DNA of 64,000 bases from Bacteroidaceae bacterium (GCA_017522785.1 JAFWYF010000004.1:55480-119479); one strand, 5' to 3'. Positions 20,211-27,614 are shown, counted from the stretch's first letter. Program-made: numbers and translations. Notes: generated by a model from the letters alone, not told the origin.

Positions 20211-21209
20211 TTATAGGTCGATAACGAAATCTCCGGGTGTAAAAATTTCCTCTTTTGCTATTGGCTGAGTCTTGTTCTCGTCCATCCAATAGGGTTGCCA
20301 TGTACGAACATGAATCTGCACATTGTCTTTGTCGCGGAAATCCCACAAAAGGAACAAATAGCCATCGTCGCTGTAGCCACGGCTGTTTGAATATTTTTGA
20401 CGAACAGTTACACCATAGAAACCCTCCATTAGAGGATTAGGGTGTTTAACAACCTTCACATCCTCGAACTGCACATTTATCCAACTGTTGCTGGCAAAAC
20501 TTCTTTTGAGGTTTGTGATATACTCCTGTTTATTTTGTTTCTTGTATGTTACCTTGTTGTATGAGATACCCATTCCATCGGTCTTTTTAACCTTTGTTAC
20601 TGTACCTGTGATGATAAGCGCATCCTCGCTGAAGATATTCTCTAGGAAAACAATATCCTTTTCGTTATACGCTGTACGGAACTGCTCCACGTATGACAAT
20701 ATCTGCTGACGACGGCTGACCTCGGTTACATTTTTTCCCTTTTTCATCACATTCTGATAGACATTTGTGCTAAGTGTGAAATTGAAACGGGTTATTTTAC
20801 CTGTTGCATCGAAATTTATAACTGCCTCTTGATACTCATCGTCGAGTGTTTCACCATTAGGTTTTATCATCAACGGAATTTGACGTACCTGATAAGTGCT
20901 TCCCACAGACAAGCAAGATTGCACGACCTCGCTGTCATCGCAATAGAAATGAGCATTCTCCCAAAGAGCAGAAAGACCACTTACAGCACTCTCGGCAAGG
21001 CCAAGATTAACCAAGTTCAATGCACGATTTTCGTTATATGCGGCATTTATTTCTGTTAGCAAGCGACTGGCCGATTTCTCCATTTTTACTTTAAGGGCAA
21101 TATCGTACAAGCCATCAACAATCTCTAGTTTAACCCCCTCTTGTGCATTAATGGTAACAATCGACAAACAGCAGACTGCAACCATTAGCCAACGTAATAA
21201 ATTTCTCAT
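20211..21209 (-). CDS. exported hypothetical protein, possible NTF2/SnoaL-like C-terminal half (operon gene 6)
   Basis: 332 aa. Signal peptide ends NA-QEG. QQILSYVEQFRTAYNEKDIVFLENIFSEDALIITG resembles the start of an NTF2-like fold (tentative). Confidence 0.75.
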   Translation of the reverse strand: MRNLLRWLMVAVCCLSIVTINAQEGVKLEIVDGLYDIALKVKMEKSASRLLTEINAAYNENRALNLVNLGLAESAVSGLSALWENAHFYCDDSEVVQSCLSVGSTYQVRQIPLMIKPNGETLDDEYQEAVINFDATGKITRFNFTLSTNVYQNVMKKGKNVTEVSRRQQILSYVEQFRTAYNEKDIVFLENIFSEDALIITGTVTKVKKTDGMGISYNKVTYKKQNKQEYITNLKRSFASNSWINVQFEDVKVVKHPNPLMEGFYGVTVRQKYSNSRGYSDDGYLFLLWDFRDKDNVQIHVRTWQPYWMDENKTQPIAKEEIFTPGDFVIDL

Positions 21210-21228
21210 AATATTATCTTTTTATTTT

Positions 21229-22023
21229 TTATTTTAACATAAACCAATAAGCTCCACAACCACTGAAATCAACTATATTCTTTGCACTATTATCCTTTGC
21301 ATCGGTGTATTTGTCGCCACTCTTGCGCACAATAGCTTTTATGTTACCCTCGCGTGTGTAGAACAATAGATAGCACTCATTTACAACTGTTTGAGCATTA
21401 TAACTGCCATAGTTTATTTTGCTCTCGCTTTTTAGTGAAGCAAATACAGGTTTTAAGTCGCTCATTGTTTTTGCAGCCAATATCTGCTCCAATGGAGTTA
21501 CCTCTGCAACAGACTCTTTTACAACAGGCGCTGCTTCATTTTCGACCTTTACAGAATCTGCCACTTGTGTCTCTGCAACATTTTTTGTACTATCGGACTG
21601 TGCCGGAGCGTTAATCTCGGAGAGAGCCTGCAAATCGGCTCCATTCTCTTCGTTGTTGAGAACAATTTGTCCGTCGCCATATATTAATACAATATCTTTT
21701 TTCTTCACATAGACAAAAGCACGTGTTTTTATACCACGTTTCATGTCCATCTCCTGAGCGCAAAGGTTAATATCCTGCAAAACAATCTGCTTTACCTCGG
21801 CACCGTTTCTTTTTGAAGCCACCCAATCGTTAATCTCGCCAACGAGTAACTCGCGTGCCAGACTCAAAGCCTCTTCCTCGGTGGACATGGTAGCCTCAGC
21901 CGATAGATACTGTGATGAACGTTTAATTTTGTTTATCTGCGCCTTTGTATCTGAGTTGTTCTGTGCATTAAGTATGCCACATAAGCAAATACTTAAAATA
22001 AATAGTGTGAAAAACTTTTTCAT
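21229..22023 (-). CDS. exported hypothetical protein (operon gene 5)
   Basis: 264 aa. Signal peptide ends NA-QNN. A low-complexity acidic/Val linker joins two globular halves. Confidence 0.75.
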   Translation of the reverse strand: MKKFFTLFILSICLCGILNAQNNSDTKAQINKIKRSSQYLSAEATMSTEEEALSLARELLVGEINDWVASKRNGAEVKQIVLQDINLCAQEMDMKRGIKTRAFVYVKKKDIVLIYGDGQIVLNNEENGADLQALSEINAPAQSDSTKNVAETQVADSVKVENEAAPVVKESVAEVTPLEQILAAKTMSDLKPVFASLKSESKINYGSYNAQTVVNECYLLFYTREGNIKAIVRKSGDKYTDAKDNSAKNIVDFSGCGAYWFMLK

Positions 22024-22059
22024 GGTTATATGTTTTTATCTCATTACCGTATTCTACAA

Positions 22060-23046
22060 TTACTTGTCGTCGGATGCCTCGTTGAATTCGTCGAAAAGTG
22101 CCGAAATATTATGTGTAGGAACAAACAGGTTAAGGTCGCCTGTTACAGTGCCCTTTCTATCTTTAAAAACAGTGTATGGAACTTCGACATTCATCACATG
22201 ATTGTATTTAAATATGTTGTTTACAGCAAAGAATGCCACTTGAATTGAGTTGGTACCCATCTCCTCTATACCAATATATATATTACAACCTAGTACTTTA
22301 AGATAGGAGAGCCATAATTTCAAAGGTAAAGTACGCTGTTCCTTTTTTAATCCATATTTGCGCACCACCAACTCCAATGACACCTCACCGGGGGAAAGTT
22401 CCGAGAGCAAAAGATTATGACAACTCTCCAGCGGATGGTCGGCATCGAAAACCAACTGTAAGCCAGCACCACTGTTTATTAGATAGAGGTTACTGTTTAT
22501 ATCGTCTATCTGATAGGCACCACCCGGTTTCATATAATAGTTGTCGTGTAGCGGCTTCAGTTCCGATATTTCGGTAGTCAAAGTATCGACTATTCGGTAG
22601 GAGTAGTTATCCAACCCAACAAACAGGTTGTCTTCGAGCTGTTTCAGGTTCTGCCCTGTCATTAATTGACACGATGCCGGGAAAGATATCTCAATAATAG
22701 GGTTCTTGGCATTGAAGACAGCCAAACTATACCTGTTGTTCTCCTCGGCAAATGCCAACGAACTGCTATCATCTATTCGTGCCAGATTTTCAATGCGCCC
22801 TTTTGTTATGCGCACATCATCGCGCTCCATACGCGACGACTGTTCTGTAGCATTCATACCTTGCAACTCAGCCAGATAGCGTTCGACAAAATCGAACACA
22901 ACGGATATTGCCGGAATATCTTTAGATGCCTTTTGCGCCTCATCGCGTAACCTACCGCCCAAAACTCCATTATGCTGCCCCCACACAGATAGTGGGAGTA
23001 GCATAATGAAAATAGAGCAATATACTATTTTAAATAGCTTGTTCAC
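22060..23046 (-). CDS. exported hypothetical protein (operon gene 4)
   Basis: 328 aa. Signal peptide ends WG-QHN. No family recognised. Confidence 0.75.
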   Translation of the reverse strand: MNKLFKIVYCSIFIMLLPLSVWGQHNGVLGGRLRDEAQKASKDIPAISVVFDFVERYLAELQGMNATEQSSRMERDDVRITKGRIENLARIDDSSSLAFAEENNRYSLAVFNAKNPIIEISFPASCQLMTGQNLKQLEDNLFVGLDNYSYRIVDTLTTEISELKPLHDNYYMKPGGAYQIDDINSNLYLINSGAGLQLVFDADHPLESCHNLLLSELSPGEVSLELVVRKYGLKKEQRTLPLKLWLSYLKVLGCNIYIGIEEMGTNSIQVAFFAVNNIFKYNHVMNVEVPYTVFKDRKGTVTGDLNLFVPTHNISALFDEFNEASDDK

Positions 23047-23052
23047 AGGGTC

Positions 23053-23688
23053 TTAAGGAATGATTGTCTCTTTATTACCATCTTTTTTGTGCCATGTACC
23101 GGTTACAAGATGTCCATCTTCAAATATTCCGATAACCTTTTCACCCGGTTGTGCTGTACGCTTTTTAATATCGCGTTGTTCAATGATATGTGTCTCTTTG
23201 AATGTGAGTACGCCATTGTCGTCGTTCATCTTGCCATTTTTCATGCGACCTTTGTACACTGCATAACCCAAATCTTTGGTAACAACCAAATTTGGGTCGG
23301 GTGCAGGAGCCGGTGTAGGCTCTGGTTCCGGGGCAGGTGCTGGTGCAGGAGCTGGGATAGGCTCGGGGGCAGGAACAGGCTCAGGGGCAGGTGCTGGTGC
23401 AGGTTGAACTTTCTTTGGCTCTTTTGCCTTTTTATCCGATTCTGGCATAAAGAACATTGCCGCACCGCCGGCTGCAATTGCAAGAACAGCAATAATTGCT
23501 ATTATTAATCCTTTATTACCACCTTTCTTGGGAGGAGGACACTCACGCAATGCCTTTCCACACTCGGCACAAACAAATTCCTTGCGTGATGGAATCTCTT
23601 GTACCTCTTTTGCTTTTGCCTTTGAACAACCATCGTTCAAACACATTCCATATCTAAAACGAACTCTGTCGTTACTACTACTTGCCAT
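23053..23688 (-). CDS. bitopic membrane protein: zinc ribbon, TM helix, (Pro-X)19 spacer, small C-terminal globular domain (operon gene 3)
   Basis: 211 aa. Cysteines C16-x4-C21 ... C40-x2-C43; TM at about 61-81 (LIIAIIAVLAIAAGGAAMFFM). Residues 96-132 alternate Pro strictly at every second position. The C-terminal YKGRMKNGKMNDDNGVLTF ... GIFEDGHLVTGTW is MORN-like. Confidence 0.8.
   Translation of the reverse strand: MASSSNDRVRFRYGMCLNDGCSKAKAKEVQEIPSRKEFVCAECGKALRECPPPKKGGNKGLIIAIIAVLAIAAGGAAMFFMPESDKKAKEPKKVQPAPAPAPEPVPAPEPIPAPAPAPAPEPEPTPAPAPDPNLVVTKDLGYAVYKGRMKNGKMNDDNGVLTFKETHIIEQRDIKKRTAQPGEKVIGIFEDGHLVTGTWHKKDGNKETIIP
23293..23403 (-). repeat. imperfect tandem GC-rich repeat encoding the (Pro-X)19 spacer
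   Basis: Reiterated ggtgcagg/ggtgctgg/ggctcggg units are visible on the plus strand. They translate as PAPAPAPEPVPAPEPIPAPAPAPAPEPEPTPAPAPDP. Confidence 0.8.
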
Positions 23689-23724
23689 TTTTTATTATTT
23701 TTAAATTGTTATCTATTTATGTTA

Positions 23725-26700
23725 TTACATCATTGGAGGGGGAGGAGGTGTAGGACCACCTGCAGGAGGCAACGGTGGGAAACCGGGTGCTGCAGCAGGA
23801 GGTGCAAACAATGGTTGCAATGCAGGAACCTGTCCGGCAGGCATCCATGCGGGCATACCGTCCATCCAAACTGTGCTTTGTGCTGTCAATTGACCACCCT
23901 GTACCATTTGTTTACACTGCTCATAGGTATAAGGACCATAGTTCTGACCTGCTACAGAGAGGTAGAGACTAATCTTTGGCTCTTCAGCATGAGGTGGAGG
24001 GGGAGGAGGTGTGCTTAAGCCACCGGGAGGTGGAGGAGGCACAGCCATTCCCATTGTAGGTTGCTGAACTTGCGCAGCGGGTTGCATAGTAGCTTGTGCG
24101 GCCTTTGCAGCAACCTCTTCGGCATTTTCTACAGCAAACAATGATGGTAATTGACTACCGTCGCCCTCACTATGTAACAAAATAGAATTGCTTAAGTCTG
24201 TAGCGGGATTTCCTGTGCATAGGAACTTTTCGTAACGTTCTTTATAAGGAGTCATCCACTCGATACCACGTACAGGGAAGCAGTATGATACTGTGATAAT
24301 TGAAAGCTCGTCTTTACGTGGGCTCTTGCGATTTACAGTGATTGTGGTACGTGCTGTACTCTGATTGAACGAATTTTTAAATGCTGCCTCAAGTTTATCT
24401 GCAAATTTCTTCAGGCCCTCATTTTCATCGGGAGAAGGAATAGAAACGAGTATAGCCTTTTTGTTAATACTTGCAGGGTTTGTAGGACTTAGATTTCCTT
24501 CGTTATTACGCAAGTGCAACTGTATCTGGTCGTTGTTCAAACGAAGATATACACCACTTTGACCTACTATCTTAGAAGCAAAGGCTTTGATATCATCATC
24601 GGTCTTAAGCTTTTGTTGTAACTGTGTTAGGATATTCAGGCCCAATACCTTATTGTCGCTATCGGCCTTTTCATTGTGTTTGGTCTTTACAATTTCTGAC
24701 AACTTAACATCAAATGCATCTTTTATATCATCGATGCTGATATTGTTTGCCAAATTACCAAAGTTCAAGAAATCGCCAACAGGTAGTATAGATTCACGCA
24801 ATTGACGTGCAATATTAGGCATATCTACTTTGTCAATCTTAAGTTCTTTCTCAAACTCATCCATTGCCTCCTCTTCGCTAACCTCAATGATTGCACCCTT
24901 CATATCCTCGAGACCTTTGTTCACCTTCTTCTGTGCTGTTACCAAACGCTCGGTTTCATCGATAGCATCATTGATTTTTTGACCAAATGAAGAGATATCG
25001 GCATCCATTTTACCTATTTCAACAAATACTTTTGCTAGAAGTTTCTTTGCAAAATCCCAACCACAAAGCATTGTCTTCGATGTATAGTAATCGGTTAAAA
25101 TACCCTGATGATCGGCATAGCGACGTGCACCAACACCAACCATGCGTTGCAATATACCCAAACGGCTCCACTCCTCGACATTTACTTTGCGGTCCTCTTC
25201 GCAAGCCTCGTAATTGGTTTTTTCCTCTTTTTCTTTTACTTCGAGCTCTTCGCGCATCTCGCCCAAACGCTCAAGCAGAAGTTTTGAAACTTTCTGCAAC
25301 TCAACAATAGAAACATCACCCAATTTCCATTTCTCGAACAGTTCGACCTCAATTGTGTGGCGTATCTCACGTGCTATTTCGGGAATTACACGTTCTTTAC
25401 CTTGGAAGAATGCTTCTACACCCTCTTCTCTGAAATGCTTGTTATAGAACTCGCTCATTATAGTATCGAGTTCATTGAGCGGACAATCGGCCTTCTTTGC
25501 ATCTTCGGCATAGCCAATTGCTTTATCGTGCCAATAATCGTTAAAGCCGGGATAATCAGCATCTGATTCAAGCACTTTAGCCTCCATTGTCAAATGTAGG
25601 TCGTCGAGCATCCATTTTGCGAGATTTTCTTTGTTGAAATACTCTTTGCGATAGTCTTTGTTGCGTTCTTCATCAACATAGCCAAGATTCTCTCGCCAAT
25701 TATTATATTTAAATTGATAGAGTATACTCTCGCCCACTGTATATGTGATATGTTTGAGTACACGAAGCTCAGGATACATCACACGTTTAATTCCGAAAGA
25801 ATTGATTTTCTTGGTACGGGCAACAGGGATACGTCCGTCTGCACCGGCATTTGCAGCCTCATCATACTCCAATGCAAAATCATCCATATTCTCGAAATTG
25901 TATGCACGTATGATATCGCTATTAACCTGATCCTCTTCGTTTATAAAGAATATACGGGCAAATACATAGTCGCTGACAATTTTAGGAAGTTCTGTGAGAG
26001 AATTTATTGTTAAACCATTCTCATTCACATTACTATAAACAGTGAGACCATCTGCAACACCCTTTACGCGGTCGCTATAATATTTAGCTTGTCCACCACC
26101 TGTTACATCGCAAGGGAACCATCGACCAGCCTGCAAAGCATTCAACTCGTTCATTGCAGCGTAACCATTCTGGTAGTAACGACCTTGGTCCATATCGGCT
26201 TTGGGAAGATTCATTTCGGGAATCATTGCATAAACCGAAATTTTTGCATTTGGGAATGTTTTACGTGTTTGTACAACAACGTCGACAATTGAACCCGAAC
26301 CTGTACCACCACAAAGACCGGCAAAGATATGTATATTGGTACTTGTAGCATCGGCAGAAATAGCCTCACAACGTGCATAGGCATCACGAAGGCTATTTAC
26401 ATAACCTACAGCATTTGCAGCAAACAAAAGACGACCAGCACGACGTTTTTGTCCTGCGGCTTGACCCAACGAGCCAATAGCCGACCTTACTGCCGATACA
26501 TTATCTACTATTCCCTTTACAGAAGGATAGTTGTTTATGTGGTCGAGAATATGCTCAACATCAACAGCTTTGATATTTAAAAATTCGTTATTGGTAAACG
26601 AAGCATCCTGTCCCATTACACGAAAGTCGGGACGTGCTCTACCATCTTTTGGCATCATTTCGTCGGTTGAATCGACATACAAAAGAGCAACTGGCAATTG

Positions 26701-26823
26701 CTTGCGCTCGTCAGCTGTTGGGAACTCCTCGAACATACGCATCTTGAATGCACGCAAGATTTTACCACCTGTACCTCCTAGACCAACGAGGATGTGGTTG
26801 CTTTTACAAAAATTAGTCTCCAT
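23725..26823 (-). CDS. tubulin/FtsZ-superfamily GTPase-like protein with long helical region and C-terminal GYF-like domain (operon gene 2)
   Basis: 1032 aa. VGLGGTGGK (T1-like, nt 26761-26784); GSLGQAAGQKRRAGR (FtsZ T3-like GAGxxPxxG, nt 26431-26475); GGTGSG (tubulin signature, nt 26293-26310, checked against the nucleotides). The middle region is rich in charged heptads. The C-terminus has a W/GP/W GYF_2-like pattern between polyproline runs. Confidence 0.85.
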   Translation of the reverse strand: METNFCKSNHILVGLGGTGGKILRAFKMRMFEEFPTADERKQLPVALLYVDSTDEMMPKDGRARPDFRVMGQDASFTNNEFLNIKAVDVEHILDHINNYPSVKGIVDNVSAVRSAIGSLGQAAGQKRRAGRLLFAANAVGYVNSLRDAYARCEAISADATSTNIHIFAGLCGGTGSGSIVDVVVQTRKTFPNAKISVYAMIPEMNLPKADMDQGRYYQNGYAAMNELNALQAGRWFPCDVTGGGQAKYYSDRVKGVADGLTVYSNVNENGLTINSLTELPKIVSDYVFARIFFINEEDQVNSDIIRAYNFENMDDFALEYDEAANAGADGRIPVARTKKINSFGIKRVMYPELRVLKHITYTVGESILYQFKYNNWRENLGYVDEERNKDYRKEYFNKENLAKWMLDDLHLTMEAKVLESDADYPGFNDYWHDKAIGYAEDAKKADCPLNELDTIMSEFYNKHFREEGVEAFFQGKERVIPEIAREIRHTIEVELFEKWKLGDVSIVELQKVSKLLLERLGEMREELEVKEKEEKTNYEACEEDRKVNVEEWSRLGILQRMVGVGARRYADHQGILTDYYTSKTMLCGWDFAKKLLAKVFVEIGKMDADISSFGQKINDAIDETERLVTAQKKVNKGLEDMKGAIIEVSEEEAMDEFEKELKIDKVDMPNIARQLRESILPVGDFLNFGNLANNISIDDIKDAFDVKLSEIVKTKHNEKADSDNKVLGLNILTQLQQKLKTDDDIKAFASKIVGQSGVYLRLNNDQIQLHLRNNEGNLSPTNPASINKKAILVSIPSPDENEGLKKFADKLEAAFKNSFNQSTARTTITVNRKSPRKDELSIITVSYCFPVRGIEWMTPYKERYEKFLCTGNPATDLSNSILLHSEGDGSQLPSLFAVENAEEVAAKAAQATMQPAAQVQQPTMGMAVPPPPPGGLSTPPPPPPHAEEPKISLYLSVAGQNYGPYTYEQCKQMVQGGQLTAQSTVWMDGMPAWMPAGQVPALQPLFAPPAAAPGFPPLPPAGGPTPPPPPMM
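23734..23751 (-). repeat. 18-nt direct repeat copy A (encodes TPPPPP at the extreme C-terminus)
   Basis: tggagggggaggaggtgt is identical to the copy at 23995-24012. The copies are 261 nt (87 codons) apart and in the same frame. Confidence 0.9.
23995..24012 (-). repeat. 18-nt direct repeat copy B (encodes TPPPPP just before the GYF-like domain)
   Basis: tggagggggaggaggtgt is identical to the copy at 23734-23751. Confidence 0.9.
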
Positions 26824-26845
26824 AATACATTATTGTTAAATTAGT

Positions 26846-27472
26846 TTATCTTGTTCTTCTATGTGAATGGCCACTTACACGAGGACGCGAACGGTCGCCA
26901 CCCACAGGTTGGCGTCGGCCGGCACCTTCGCGGGTTCTACCACCAGAGCCATTGTTTATTGATATTGTTTTAATTGCTATGATTGCCGAAACCACTACAA
27001 AGCCTAAGCACCAGAGCAAACGACGAAATATGAAATGGCGCATAAAACTGCGTATTTCGTCTCCTATTGCCGCTGGGAGTGTTTCGACAGTGTATCCCAT
27101 AAAATAGCCTGAACCAAAATAGTTTTCGAATATTGGAAATTCATCTATGAGCAACTGAATTACCTCTTCGCTTTCGGCAATTGAAACAGAGGAATCCAAT
27201 GACACATAGCGCATATCAAGAATTTCCTGAGTTTTTTCCTCTACAATATCGGTAAAACTGATTATTTTTATTGCTCCACAAATCATTATACACTGTACGG
27301 AAAGCAAAACGAAGAGTACAAAGCCCATGATGTAGGTTATGATTGTAAACTCTGCATTCTTCCACCATCCTTTAATGGCAAAGAAAAACAGACACATACA
27401 TACAGCGGCAATAAGTATTCCCCAAAAGAGGCTGCTTATTGAAAATTGAAGTATTTCCCAAAGTGCATTCAT
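26846..27472 (-). CDS. 3-TM membrane protein with Arg/Gly-rich C-terminal tail (operon gene 1)
   Basis: 208 aa with hydrophobic segments at about 14-33, 42-68 and 150-170. The tail is GSGGRTREGAGRRQPVGGDRSRPRVSGHSHRRTR. Confidence 0.75.
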   Translation of the reverse strand: MNALWEILQFSISSLFWGILIAAVCMCLFFFAIKGWWKNAEFTIITYIMGFVLFVLLSVQCIMICGAIKIISFTDIVEEKTQEILDMRYVSLDSSVSIAESEEVIQLLIDEFPIFENYFGSGYFMGYTVETLPAAIGDEIRSFMRHFIFRRLLWCLGFVVVSAIIAIKTISINNGSGGRTREGAGRRQPVGGDRSRPRVSGHSHRRTR

Positions 27473-27580
27473 AGTCCTAAACTTATAGTAGAAGAATTAA
27501 GATATAAGTGATGATAAAAGCCTGCACTACTAAACTATTGTAAAAGCAAGTAATACAAGCACTTATCAACAAAATAGCAG

Positions 27581-27600
27581 TCAAATCTCTTAACAAGAGA
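27581..27600. promoter_or_regulatory. hairpin motif copy 1 in the operon leader/promoter region
   Basis: tcaaatctctt-aac-aagaga. The arms tctctt/aagaga are self-complementary. It shares 11+6 nt with copy 2, with the loop inverted. Confidence 0.4.
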
Positions 27601-27614
27601 CAAACCGAATAATG

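Noticed and set aside
26761-26784. The N-terminal GLGGTGGK of the 1032-aa protein read as a P-loop (Walker A) NTPase motif.
   Set aside because: The spacing is GxxxGK followed by Ile, not GxxxxGK[ST]. The downstream FtsZ-like GAGxxxxxG segment and the exact GGTGSG signature fit the tubulin/FtsZ T1-T3-T4 arrangement much better.
16460-27472. The nine-gene block as a prophage, integrative element or classic defence island.
   Set aside because: No integrase, transposase, tRNA attachment site, flanking direct repeats, nuclease, methylase or toxin-like motifs are seen. Composition looks like the neighbouring housekeeping genes. A defensive role cannot be excluded functionally, but nothing in the sequence supports mobility.
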